Below, piece after piece: positions 49,103-58,772 of a stretch of DNA of 64,000 nucleotides. The stretch is taken from assembly GCA_965203805.1 (NCBI GenBank), contig OZ241917.1, positions 1,024,001 through 1,088,000 on the forward strand. The letters are read 5' to 3'. How positions within the stretch are numbered: position 1 is the stretch's first letter; each line of letters begins with the position of its first letter. The position numbers and the translations under genes were made by a program. The notes under the pieces were generated by a model. It saw only the letters and a list, made by a program, of their open reading frames with translations, did not search any database and was not told the origin of the DNA. The DNA is from Candidatus Latescibacterota bacterium. GTDB lineage: Bacteria; Latescibacterota; UBA2968; GCA-2709665.

Positions 49103-50497
49103 TCAGGCGTGCGCGTGAACCTGAACGTTTCCGGCGCGAACCGCCCCGACCAGCGCTTCGTCCATCATCGCCTGTCTCTCATCCGGAATCGTCCAGCGCC
49201 GCTGAATATCGGGTGACAGACAGTCGATGGGATCGAAATAGAAAAAGTACTTGCCGGGCCGCACCGCGGGGCTTGCAAACACCGCGACGCCTGTTTCATC
49301 GTTATAATACTCGAAGGAATGACCGTCTCGTTTACCGCCGCCGCCGAGTGTGTCCACGATGAAGGTCGGCGTGTTGAACCCGGCCGTGGCGCCGCGCAGG
49401 CTCTTTTCGAGTTCGAGACCGGCTCGCAGCGTGGTTCTTAGATCCTCAACCCCCTGAACCAGATCGTGGAAGAATACGTAGTACGGCTGGACGTTGAGGA
49501 AGCTCAATTGCTTCACCAGATGCTTCATCGTTTGCGCGCTGTCGTTCACACCTCGCTGCAGCACGGCCTGATTGCGAACCACGACACCCCGTTCCATCAG
49601 CAGGTTCATCGCCTCCTGCGTGACTCCGGTTATTTCATTGGGATGGTTGAAGTGGGTATGCAATACCACTTCCTTGTGCAAGCTGCGGCCCCGGTCGACG
49701 ACCCCCACCAGCGCATCCACCCATTCGACGTCGCTCAGGATCTTCCCGGGCATGACCGCGGGCCCCTTGGTCGCAAAACGAAACCGCCGAATGTGCGGGA
49801 TGTCCAGCAGGGAATCGCCCACCTCTCTGATCTGGGCCGCCCGGAGGTTGTAGACGTCGCCGCCACTCACCACCACGTCTTCAACTTCGGGGCGCGATCT
49901 CAAGTAATCGAAAACCTGACGCCAGCGTCTCCTGTTTGCGCTCAGGTGCACTTTTTCCACGCCATCCGTATCGAGCCCCACGGCGTAGCTGCGGGTACAG
50001 AAACGGCAGTAGACGGGGCAGGTATCCAGCGTAAGAAAAAGCGCCCTGTCCGGATACCGGTGAGTCAGTCCGGGAACGGGAGAATCGCCTTGCTCGTTCA
50101 GTGAATCCAGGTGGAGTTCCGGGTGGTCCGGCAGCTGTTGCGAGGCCAATGGCAGGAACTGGGTCCGCAGCGGATCTCCGTACGGATCGTCCCAGTTGAT
50201 CAGGCTCAGGATATAAGGTGAGATCCGTATGCTCATCGGGGCCCGGCGCAACCCTTCGCGCAGGTCGTCGTAGAAGCCCGGCCCGGCCAGTCCGCCCACG
50301 ACGTCCTGCAGACTCTCCACGCTCGTCGGGGAATTGCGGGCCTGGAAAATGTGGGAGTGGAAGGTCTCCGCGCTCACATTCTCGAACGCCGGAATCGTCT
50401 TCCAGAATGCATCCCGACGGAACCGGCGATGCAAATGGGCCTCCTCCTGTCCGGCTGCGATAGCGCCGTCGATGACATCGACGCCTGCAGTTTTCAT
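49103..50497 (-). CDS. KamA family radical SAM aminomutase
   Basis: DPLRTQ, GLTHRYPDR, CPVYCRFCTR, VVSGGD, HFNHPNE, NQAVLQRGVND, PLP-lysine motif GGGGK. Confidence 0.9.
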   Translation of the reverse strand: MKTAGVDVIDGAIAAGQEEAHLHRRFRRDAFWKTIPAFENVSAETFHSHIFQARNSPTSVESLQDVVGGLAGPGFYDDLREGLRRAPMSIRISPYILSLINWDDPYGDPLRTQFLPLASQQLPDHPELHLDSLNEQGDSPVPGLTHRYPDRALFLTLDTCPVYCRFCTRSYAVGLDTDGVEKVHLSANRRRWRQVFDYLRSRPEVEDVVVSGGDVYNLRAAQIREVGDSLLDIPHIRRFRFATKGPAVMPGKILSDVEWVDALVGVVDRGRSLHKEVVLHTHFNHPNEITGVTQEAMNLLMERGVVVRNQAVLQRGVNDSAQTMKHLVKQLSFLNVQPYYVFFHDLVQGVEDLRTTLRAGLELEKSLRGATAGFNTPTFIVDTLGGGGKRDGHSFEYYNDETGVAVFASPAVRPGKYFFYFDPIDCLSPDIQRRWTIPDERQAMMDEALVGAVRAGNVQVHAHA

Positions 50498-50660
50498 GTC
50501 TTCTCGATCCCTCCCGGCGCGATGATTCAACATTCACACCGGTCCTGCGGTTCATTCCGTGGAGACGTCGCTATACGATTCACGCGACAGTCGTGGGCCG
50601 ATAGCCCTTCAAAACGACTCCGACCTGCGGATGTCGTTCCGCGAGGCATACGAAGCATCA

Positions 50661-50689
50661 CATGATATCATGCTCCCTGGAATTGTCAA
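50661..50689 (-). promoter_or_regulatory. Putative promoter for the KamA-family gene, overlapped by a 12-bp palindrome
   Basis: Minus strand TTGACA-N16-TATCAT with a TG extension; perfect palindrome CATGATATCATG at 50661-50672 covers the -10. Confidence 0.55.
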
Positions 50690-50729
50690 GGCTTTTCCGG
50701 CATCGGCCCCGTTTTCCGGGAGAATCCGC

Positions 50730-50758
50730 TTGTTCGGATTATTTATCTTGCTTATATT
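50730..50758 (+). promoter_or_regulatory. Putative promoter for UPF0182-murQ
   Basis: TTGTTC-N17-TATATT. Confidence 0.4.
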
Positions 50759-50807
50759 TCGCAAGTTAGCGAAAGTCTCCACCTGAACGAAGAGACAACG
50801 CGAAACC

Positions 50808-53570
50808 ATGTCAAAACGTGCGCTCAAGTTTGTTTTTCCCGTGGTCGGATTGCTTCTGGGATACACGGGCCTTCGGCTGATCGTCTTCTTCTACACCGAC
50901 TGGCTCTGGTTTCAAAATCTCGGCTACGGATCCGTTCTCGTCACCACGGCCGTTGCCCGCCTGCTTGCCTTTTGCGCCTTCGGCGCCGTCTTCGCCGCGG
51001 CTGCGGGCGTCAATGTCTTTATTGCGCACAAGTTTGGCCGGCACACCCGCGAAATGCCGCTCGAGGTCATCGTGGCCGATGCCGAACCCGTGCTGCCCGA
51101 ACGACGCAAGCGCCGGTTCCTCCTGTGGACCGGCGCCATTGGGCTGCTGGCCTGCGCGACCGGCCTGATCGGCGCCTCGGCCTGGGCGCCGCTTCTGCGT
51201 TTCTTTCATCCCATCTCGTTCGGACTCACCGACCCTGTCTTCAACAACGACCTCGGCTTTTACTTCTTCAGCCTTCCTGTTTACAACTTCGCGCAGGGGT
51301 GGCTGGCATTCGCCGTCATCCTCACCGTCATTCTCGTCTGCTTCTCCTATCACCGGGACCGTGCCCTGCGCAGAGAGAGTCGAGGATGGTCATCCACCCC
51401 CCACGTCCGCGCCCATCTCTCCGTACTTGCGGCGGTTCTATCCGTAATCGGCGCCTGGTGGTACTGGCTCAAGGAATACGAGATCCTCTATTCCTTCCGC
51501 AAAGACGCCTTTTTCGGCGCCGGATATACCGACGTCCACGTTCAGGTATTCGCCTACCGGCTCATGTTGATCCTCTCCATCATTCTTTGCGCTTTGCTGG
51601 CATATAACGTCCGCGCCCGGAAGTGGTGGCCGATCGCCTGGGGCGGCGGCGGCTATTTTTCGGCTATTCTTCTGCTCAGCTGGATTTTTCCGATTCTATT
51701 CGATCAGTTCGTGGTCAAGCCCGATGAATTACGGCTTGAAGAACCCTACATTCGAAGGACCATCGAACACACGCAGCGGGCGTACGGCCTGGACCGAATT
51801 GAGGAAGTCCCGTTTCCGGCGGAGTCCGATCTGGATGTCGAGGATATCCGGAACAATCTTCCCACCATCAGAAGTATTCCGCTTTGGGACCGCAGACCCC
51901 TGATCGCAACCTACAGCCAGCTGCAGGAAATCCGGTCCTATTACCGCTTCGGCAGCATCGACGTGGACCGGTATTCAATCAACGGCGATTACAAGCAGGT
52001 GATGGTGGCCGCCCGTGAATTCTCGCGGGAACAGTTGGCCATTCAGGGGGAAACCTGGGTCAACCGCCACCTGGTTTACACCCACGGGTACGGCTTCTGC
52101 ATGAGCCCGGCCAACGAAGTCGGCGAGGAGGGTCTGCCGGAATTTTACGTCAAAGACATTCCGCCCAGCGCGTCGGTGGACATCCGCGTGGACCGCCCGG
52201 AGATCTATTATGGCGAAGCCATGCAGGACTACGTGATTGTCAACACCAGAACGGAGGAATTCGACTACCCCCGAGGTGACGAAAACGCCTACACCACCTA
52301 CCGCGGCACAGGCGGGGTGCCGGTCAACTCGTTCTGGCGGCGGCTCCTGTTCGCCCTGCGGTTCGGAGATCCGTACCTGCTGGTCACGCAGAACCTGAAA
52401 CCCGAAAGCAGAATACAATTCGACCGGCACATCGGTCGTCGTTTTCGGAACGAGGGCCCCAGGCGGTTCCAGAAACTCGCGCCATATCTCCGCTTCGACA
52501 AAGACCCATACCTGGTCACGGTGAACGGAAGGCTCGTGTGGATGCAGGACGCCTATACTGAAAGCAACATGTATCCTTACGCGGAACCTTACGGCAGGCC
52601 TTACGTACGCGAAGCCAACTACATCCGCAACGCCGTCAAGGCCACGCTCGATGCCTACGACGGGACGGTTACGTTCTACGTGTGGGATCCGGACGACCCG
52701 CTCATTCGGTCCTACATGGAAATCTTCCCGGATCTCTTTCGGCCGAAGGAAGACATGCCGGAGGCACTGCGCGCCCACGTCCGTTACCCGGCAGACCTCT
52801 TTGAAATCCAGGCGTCGCTCTACAACACGTACCACATGGCCTCGCCCCAGGTCTTTTACAACCGCGAGGATGTCTGGGAACCGGCCATGGAAATTTACGG
52901 GGTTTCGGAACGCCCGCGAGTCATGGCGCCGTATTACATCATCGTTAAACTGCCGGACGCCGTACGGGAGGAGTTCGTCTTGATGCTGCCGGCCACACCG
53001 GCCGGAAAGGCCAACATGATCGCATGGCTTCTCGCCCGATGCGACGGTCCCAACTATGGCCGGCTTATGGTCTACAAGCTGCCAAAGAAAAAACTCATCT
53101 ACGGTCCGATGTTGATCGAACGTCGAATCGATCAGGATACGGATGTGTCGCGGGAAATCACACTATGGAGCCAGAGGGGTTCCGACGTGCTCCGCGGCAA
53201 CCTGCTCGTCGTTCCCATCGAAAACGGCTTCATATACGTTGAACCGCTCTATTTGAGGGCCACCCAGAGCGGCATGCCCGAACTGAAGCGGGTTCTCGTT
53301 GCGCACGGCGACAGACTCGCGATGGCCGAAAACCTCGAACAGGCATTGGATCGGGCCTTCGAAACGCGGGAAGCCGGTCCGGTATACCAACACCGACCCG
53401 CGAACGAATCAACGGGATTTCGTATCCTGACTCAAGCCGCCCTGACGCAGTTCGACACGGCGCAATCCCGCCTGCGGACGGGTGATTTCGCGGGGTACGG
53501 CGAAGCCGTACAAAGCCTGCGAAAGACACTTCGGCAGTTGCGTGACAAGGCGGACGCAGAGGAAGAATGA
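50808..53570 (+). CDS. UPF0182 family membrane protein
   Basis: YTDWLWF..LGY, DPVF..DLGFYFFSLP, GAGYTD, VKP.E...E.PYI, LWD, DVDRY, HLVYTHGYG, NYIRN.VKA, VLRGNLLV.P. Confidence 0.93.
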   Translation: MSKRALKFVFPVVGLLLGYTGLRLIVFFYTDWLWFQNLGYGSVLVTTAVARLLAFCAFGAVFAAAAGVNVFIAHKFGRHTREMPLEVIVADAEPVLPERRKRRFLLWTGAIGLLACATGLIGASAWAPLLRFFHPISFGLTDPVFNNDLGFYFFSLPVYNFAQGWLAFAVILTVILVCFSYHRDRALRRESRGWSSTPHVRAHLSVLAAVLSVIGAWWYWLKEYEILYSFRKDAFFGAGYTDVHVQVFAYRLMLILSIILCALLAYNVRARKWWPIAWGGGGYFSAILLLSWIFPILFDQFVVKPDELRLEEPYIRRTIEHTQRAYGLDRIEEVPFPAESDLDVEDIRNNLPTIRSIPLWDRRPLIATYSQLQEIRSYYRFGSIDVDRYSINGDYKQVMVAAREFSREQLAIQGETWVNRHLVYTHGYGFCMSPANEVGEEGLPEFYVKDIPPSASVDIRVDRPEIYYGEAMQDYVIVNTRTEEFDYPRGDENAYTTYRGTGGVPVNSFWRRLLFALRFGDPYLLVTQNLKPESRIQFDRHIGRRFRNEGPRRFQKLAPYLRFDKDPYLVTVNGRLVWMQDAYTESNMYPYAEPYGRPYVREANYIRNAVKATLDAYDGTVTFYVWDPDDPLIRSYMEIFPDLFRPKEDMPEALRAHVRYPADLFEIQASLYNTYHMASPQVFYNREDVWEPAMEIYGVSERPRVMAPYYIIVKLPDAVREEFVLMLPATPAGKANMIAWLLARCDGPNYGRLMVYKLPKKKLIYGPMLIERRIDQDTDVSREITLWSQRGSDVLRGNLLVVPIENGFIYVEPLYLRATQSGMPELKRVLVAHGDRLAMAENLEQALDRAFETREAGPVYQHRPANESTGFRILTQAALTQFDTAQSRLRTGDFAGYGEAVQSLRKTLRQLRDKADAEEE

Positions 53571-53574
53571 CAGG

Positions 53575-54492
53575 ATGGCGGATTTGAACACATCCAAATG
53601 GGCGTCGCTGTCAACCGAACAACGAAATCCCGCCAGCGCGCACATCGACGAGGCATCAACGCTCGGGATTCTCGAGCTTCTCAACCACGAAGACCGCAAG
53701 GTCCCGCAGGCCGTGAATGCCGTTCTGCCGCAGGTCGCGGAGGCCGTCGACCTCGTGGCGGGCGCGTTGAGGAGCGGCGGCCGGCTCTTCTATGCGGGCG
53801 CAGGGACGAGCGGGCGGCTGGGTGTCATGGACGCCGCGGAGTGCCCGCCCACGTTCGGGACCGCTCCTGAAACGGTGCAGGGCATCATCGCGGGGGGGGA
53901 AGGCGCGCTGCTGTGCGCGGCCGAACGCGCCGAGGACCGTCCGGAAGACGGCGCGACAGAACTCCGCCGCCGGCGCCTGTCGGCGCGGGACATCGTGATG
54001 GGTATCGCTGCCAGCGGCGTGACGCCGTTCGTCCTCGGAGCTCTCGCTTACGCCCGCCGCACGGGCGCGTCCACCGTCTTTTTCACGTGCAACCGTGAAG
54101 CAGCGGACCGTGTCGACGCGGATATCAGGATCGTGCCCGATGTCGGCCCGGAAGCCATCACCGGTTCCACGCGCCTGAAGGCCGGCACCGCCACCAAACT
54201 CGTATTGAACATGATCACGACGGCTGCCATGGTCAGGCTCGGCAAGGTGTACGGCAATCTGATGGTGGACCTGGCGCCCACATGCGAAAAACTAAACGAC
54301 CGCGCCCGGCGGATCCTGATGGAAACGACAGGGCGCTCACGCGACGACTGCGGCCGGATGCTCGCCGAGGCAGGCGACCTCAAGACGGCCATCGTGATGT
54401 CAAAACGGGCCGTCTCGAAGGAGACGGCCCGTCAGTTGCTCGTGAAGAACGATGGCGTCGTCAGGCTGGCGCTGGACGACAGGCAAGCTTAG
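53575..54492 (+). CDS. murQ: N-acetylmuramic acid 6-phosphate etherase
   Basis: TEQRNP, GGRLFYAGAGTSGRLGVMDAAECPPTFG, GIAASG.TPFV, GPEAITGSTRLKAGTATKLVLNM, GKVYGNLMVD. Confidence 0.96.
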   Translation: MADLNTSKWASLSTEQRNPASAHIDEASTLGILELLNHEDRKVPQAVNAVLPQVAEAVDLVAGALRSGGRLFYAGAGTSGRLGVMDAAECPPTFGTAPETVQGIIAGGEGALLCAAERAEDRPEDGATELRRRRLSARDIVMGIAASGVTPFVLGALAYARRTGASTVFFTCNREAADRVDADIRIVPDVGPEAITGSTRLKAGTATKLVLNMITTAAMVRLGKVYGNLMVDLAPTCEKLNDRARRILMETTGRSRDDCGRMLAEAGDLKTAIVMSKRAVSKETARQLLVKNDGVVRLALDDRQA

Positions 54493-56040
54493 CTATTGCG
54501 CGCGTGCTGATTTTTCTCCGATGGTGCCGTAGAAGGCTTTGACCATCCGGTCCAGATGTACTTTCGCATTTTCCGCCGCGTCTCTGTCAATTGTGTACTC
54601 GGACTTGCCCACCAGCTTCAGACCGTGACCGTAGTCGTCGAACAGTGACTGGCAGAGCGCCTCGACCGACACGCCGTCGCGCGCGGCAGTCCCGGCAAGG
54701 GCGGACTTTGCAGCATCCGAAAACGTCAATGAAATTCCGTACGCATTCAGAAAATGCGCCGTGTACGACGATATATCCCGGTCTACCAGCAACTTTTGCA
54801 GTTCAAGCGACGGATTTTTCACAACGTCGGCGGTAACGGAAAAGGAACGGATATCGGTTGAAGGAAGCGCTTTTTCGAATTTCAGCAGCGCCCGTTCACA
54901 AACGCTCACCAGCGCTCTCGCCCCGGTCTGTTCGGTTGACGCCTGTTGCGCCAGCCGGCGCAGGGCAGCGTCTTCGAAAGTCAGTTCAATATCGTAGGCC
55001 AGGAAATCCCGCTTCTTTCCAAGAATCACCGAACTGGTGGGACTCTTCAGAATCTGATACAGATCCTCGACGGAAAGCGGTTCCAGCACGGCCACCACCG
55101 GCAGACGTCCAACAAATTCGGACTCGAAGCCGAACGAGATGAGGTCTTCGGTGATCGCCTGCTTCAGATAGGACACGCGGTCCGCTTCATGGTTCTGCGA
55201 CCGTTCCGTTTCGGCCTTGAATCCCAGACTGTTTCGATTGAGACGACTCTTGATCAGATCCTCGAATCCGTTGAACGCGCCGCTGACGATGAAGAGGATG
55301 TTTCGCGTGTTGATTTTCTTTCGCTCCATCTTGCCGCTTTGCTGATATTGCATCATGGCTTCCATCTGTGAAGCCAGATCGTGTGGCGCCTTGAGGTCCA
55401 CCTCGGTCTCTTCCATCAGTTTGAGCAGGTTGCGCTGGACGCCGCTCCGGGAGACGTCCGGACCCACCAGATTGGGGGTTGAAGCGATCTTGTCGATCTC
55501 GTCCACGTAGATGATGCCGTACTGGGCCTTCTCGATGCTGCCGCCGGCCTCCCGCACCAGTTCGCGCACCAGGTCTTCGACATCGCCGCCGACGTATCCG
55601 GTTTCACTGAACTTGGTTGCGTCGCCCTTGACAAAAGGCACGCCGATTCGATGGGCGATCAATTTGATGAGATAGGTTTTGCCCACGCCCGTCGGACCGA
55701 TCAGCAGGATGTTGTTTTTGATGTTTCCGACGGAACGGTGTTCGAATTCGGGATCTTCGCGGTCGAGCTTCATCCGGTTGAAGTGGGTGCAGATTTTGGT
55801 GGCGAGCACTTCCTTCGCCTCGTCCTGTTTGATCACGTACTCATCCAGAAAGGCCTCGAGTTCCTCCGGCTTCAGGTCGAAATCAATCGACTCATCCTGG
55901 GGTTCCGGCGTGCGCGGACCCTCACTGCTCTCCTCGGCCTCCGCCTGCGGAAACACAACCTGGGCGCCGTACTTCTGCTCGATAAGTTCCTTCAGGTCTT
56001 TCTGCAGTTCCTTGGGATCCACGGGTCGTTGTTCCGGCAT
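54493..56040 (-). CDS. ClpX-like AAA+ ATPase (no N-terminal zinc-binding domain, duplicated C-terminal small domain)
   Basis: GPTGVGKT, DATKFSETGYVG, YVDEIDKI, GVQRNLLKLME, NILFIVSGAF, SLGF, EFVGRLP, TGARAL. Confidence 0.88.
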   Translation of the reverse strand: MPEQRPVDPKELQKDLKELIEQKYGAQVVFPQAEAEESSEGPRTPEPQDESIDFDLKPEELEAFLDEYVIKQDEAKEVLATKICTHFNRMKLDREDPEFEHRSVGNIKNNILLIGPTGVGKTYLIKLIAHRIGVPFVKGDATKFSETGYVGGDVEDLVRELVREAGGSIEKAQYGIIYVDEIDKIASTPNLVGPDVSRSGVQRNLLKLMEETEVDLKAPHDLASQMEAMMQYQQSGKMERKKINTRNILFIVSGAFNGFEDLIKSRLNRNSLGFKAETERSQNHEADRVSYLKQAITEDLISFGFESEFVGRLPVVAVLEPLSVEDLYQILKSPTSSVILGKKRDFLAYDIELTFEDAALRRLAQQASTEQTGARALVSVCERALLKFEKALPSTDIRSFSVTADVVKNPSLELQKLLVDRDISSYTAHFLNAYGISLTFSDAAKSALAGTAARDGVSVEALCQSLFDDYGHGLKLVGKSEYTIDRDAAENAKVHLDRMVKAFYGTIGEKSARAQ

Positions 56041-56108
56041 CGATCTTCATCTCCACATAAAAATGTGGTCCGCTTAAACTGGCATCCGACTCACGGCTAT
56101 GGGGCCTA

Positions 56109-56137
56109 AGGATACCAGGTACCTTGAGGATTGTCAA
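56109..56137 (-). promoter_or_regulatory. Putative sigma70 promoter for the clpX-like gene
   Basis: Minus strand TTGACA-N17-TATCCT with a TG extension. Confidence 0.6.
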
Positions 56138-56261
56138 GACATTCAACCTTCATCCCTGCCTCATCATCTGGCGAGTCCGGGCTTGTGTTCCGGTTCCCGG
56201 ACCGGCCATCAGGTGAAGGCCGCAAGCCCACATTTCAGACCCCAAATCCGGATGTTCGGGT

Positions 56262-57989
56262 ATGAACCTCAGCTACTTCACGCTTCGGCGCCTGCGTCAC
56301 GAACTGAACGAGATCCTGCCGGGTAAACGCGTCAGGCACGCCGTCCTCTCAGGCACGCACGAACTCGTTGTCGAAACAGACCACGAGATACGCCTGCTGC
56401 TCTCCGCCTCGCCCGCGACCGGCCGCCTCCAGCGGGTGGACCGCCTTCCCGATCCCGCACACCCCACGCCGCCCTGGGTCGAACACCACCTTTGCAACAG
56501 TGAGATCCTGGAGGTCGCGCAACTTCCGCTGGAGCGCGTCCTTTCATTCGATCTGCGAAAACGTGACCGCATGGGTGGAGAACGCAGATATCGCCTGTTC
56601 GTGGAACTGATCCAGCGGTACAACAACGTGATCCTGACTTCTGAACCGGACGCGCGAATATTAGGTACGCTGCGGCGCGTCGGCGGGAAGAAGAACCGCC
56701 GGCGACGCCTTCTGCCGGGCGAACCCTATCGACCTCCGCCCTCTCAGGATCGGCTCTCACCCCACGATCTCACGCCGGCCGATCTCGACGGCGCGATCCG
56801 GGAGCGCCAGGATCAGCCCGCCCGGACCCTGGCTTCTGCCGTTGCCGGACTGGATACCCTCACCGCCGAGTCGCTGGTCGCGGAAGCGGGCGTCAGGCCG
56901 GACGCGAAACCGACGCACGATGCCGTCGAACATCTGGTCGGCCGGATACGTTCCCTGTTTGACCGGCCGCCCTTTCTGGATCGACCGCAGATACTGAGCA
57001 TCAAGGGTCACCCGGCAACCATCCGAACGCTGCGTCTGCAGCACCGGCCGGGCGAAGTGGAACACGTGTGCGATTCCGTCAGCGAAGCGATCGAACGGCT
57101 CGCCGGCAGGGAGGAAAACCGGCAGCACCACGACGCGGACCGCCAGGAGGCGGTCGCGGCGCTGAACCGGCGCCGCGCATCGCTCGATAGAAAGGTCGCG
57201 CGCATCCGGGTCGATCTGGACGACGCCGGCAATGCGGAACTCTACAAAAAGTTCGGGCATATCCTTATGGCCGGGCTGCACAGGGTCCGCCCAGGCGACG
57301 CGTCCGTTACCCTGCCCGACGTGTACGATCCGGACGGGCCTCCCGCGACCATCCCCCTCAAGGCCAACAAGATGCCGCACGAGAATGCCGCCGCGTACCT
57401 GAAACGGAGCCGCAAGGCGGAGAAAGCCCGCCCCATCCTTGCGCGGCGCCTTGAGTCCGCGCGTGCGGAACTGGCAAGCGTGGAGAGCTTCCTGGAGCGG
57501 CTGAAACAAGCCGGCGGTCGGGACGAAGTGATGGCGATTCGAAACGAACTGGCGGCGTCCGGGTGGCTCAAAAAGCGCAGGCAAAAACCGTCGGCGGGCG
57601 GAAACGCATCTGCGGAAGCGCATCCCAGAAAGTACCTGACCTCGGACGGCTGGACAGTTCTGGTGGGGCGGAACAACGCCGAGAACGATCGGCTCACGAA
57701 AGGGTCTGCAAAAGACGACCTTTTTTTCCATGCCCAGGGATGCCCGGGTTCACACGTTGTCCTCAAGCGTGAAGGAAGGCGCCAGAAGCCCTCTGACGTT
57801 GCATTGAAGGAAGCCGCGAGCCTCGCGGCCTACTGGAGCAAAGCCCGGCATTCGCGGACGGTACCGGTGAATTGCACCGAGATCCGGTACGTACAAAAGC
57901 CCCGCGGCGCGGCCCCGGGGCTCGTTACGATCCGAAACGAAGTCACATTGTTTGTCGCCCCGCGCCAGCTCAAGCGGACTGAATCTTAG
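56262..57989 (+). CDS. rqcH: Rqc2/NEMF homologue RqcH (NFACT family, FbpA-like)
   Basis: NFACT-N (LERVL, LFVEL...NNVIL, PGEPY.PP), coiled coils, ENAAAYLKR..K, NFACT-R (VGRNNAENDRL, FFHA...PGSHVV, AASLAAYWSK, KPRGA.PG.V). Confidence 0.9.
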   Translation: MNLSYFTLRRLRHELNEILPGKRVRHAVLSGTHELVVETDHEIRLLLSASPATGRLQRVDRLPDPAHPTPPWVEHHLCNSEILEVAQLPLERVLSFDLRKRDRMGGERRYRLFVELIQRYNNVILTSEPDARILGTLRRVGGKKNRRRRLLPGEPYRPPPSQDRLSPHDLTPADLDGAIRERQDQPARTLASAVAGLDTLTAESLVAEAGVRPDAKPTHDAVEHLVGRIRSLFDRPPFLDRPQILSIKGHPATIRTLRLQHRPGEVEHVCDSVSEAIERLAGREENRQHHDADRQEAVAALNRRRASLDRKVARIRVDLDDAGNAELYKKFGHILMAGLHRVRPGDASVTLPDVYDPDGPPATIPLKANKMPHENAAAYLKRSRKAEKARPILARRLESARAELASVESFLERLKQAGGRDEVMAIRNELAASGWLKKRRQKPSAGGNASAEAHPRKYLTSDGWTVLVGRNNAENDRLTKGSAKDDLFFHAQGCPGSHVVLKREGRRQKPSDVALKEAASLAAYWSKARHSRTVPVNCTEIRYVQKPRGAAPGLVTIRNEVTLFVAPRQLKRTES

Positions 57990-58007
57990 GGAGGACCGCG
58001 AGGATTC

Positions 58008-58772
58008 CTACCAGACCTTCGTATAGTATACCAGCCGGATCTGGCGATCGATTCTTTCCGTCCGCTTGCCGTCTCGAAACAGGTTCTTGACGTCCACTTC
58101 GAGATTAAGCCGTTCGGAGGGCATCCAACGCCCTCCCACGTTCAATCTCCCTCTGCCCGAACCCAGCGAGTTGTCGTCGTTGTCGTTGATCGCAAAGTCA
58201 TACTCCATTAACAGCGCAAAGACGCGTTTCAGTTCGACGTCGGCGCCCACAAACCCCGAAATATCCCCATCTCCGTCTCCATCCTCGAGGCTTCGATTCA
58301 TTCCGATGTGCAGTCCCATATCTCCAAGAGGAAATCCGTAGTTCTTGCTCGCCACCGCATAGATGCCCTTGGACTTGACCGCATACCGTTTCAGTTCCCG
58401 GTCGTACTCCCCGTATCCCTGGGAGTGGTACCCCACGGCAACAGCGGGAACCTTCATTTCCTCCTCGATCACCCGGACGCGTCCGGCTACCTCCACTCGC
58501 GGATTCCACGCAGCCTCACGGCTGCCCACAAGATGCTGTCCCCCGAACGATGCCCCGATGCTGGCCCGGTTGTGTACGCCGACTTCGATCTGCGAGAGAA
58601 TTCCGCTGTCGCCATACAATCGGAGATCCGCTGAAAGGCGGCCGGAGGGCAGCATACCGGCGGTTGGCGCGTCCACCAGCCATCGGGGTACATTGCCCTG
58701 GGCAAGCGCAGGACCGGAATACCCCCACCAGACGGCAATCAACGGCATCATCCACCTCGCGTGCCGAGTCAT
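58008..58772 (-). CDS. YjbH-like outer-membrane beta-barrel protein
   Basis: Signal peptide; LVDAPTAGML, RVRVIEE....PAVAVG, IYAVASK, EYDF; alternating beta strands and a terminal W. Confidence 0.65.
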   Translation of the reverse strand: MTRHARWMMPLIAVWWGYSGPALAQGNVPRWLVDAPTAGMLPSGRLSADLRLYGDSGILSQIEVGVHNRASIGASFGGQHLVGSREAAWNPRVEVAGRVRVIEEEMKVPAVAVGYHSQGYGEYDRELKRYAVKSKGIYAVASKNYGFPLGDMGLHIGMNRSLEDGDGDGDISGFVGADVELKRVFALLMEYDFAINDNDDNSLGSGRGRLNVGGRWMPSERLNLEVDVKNLFRDGKRTERIDRQIRLVYYTKVW

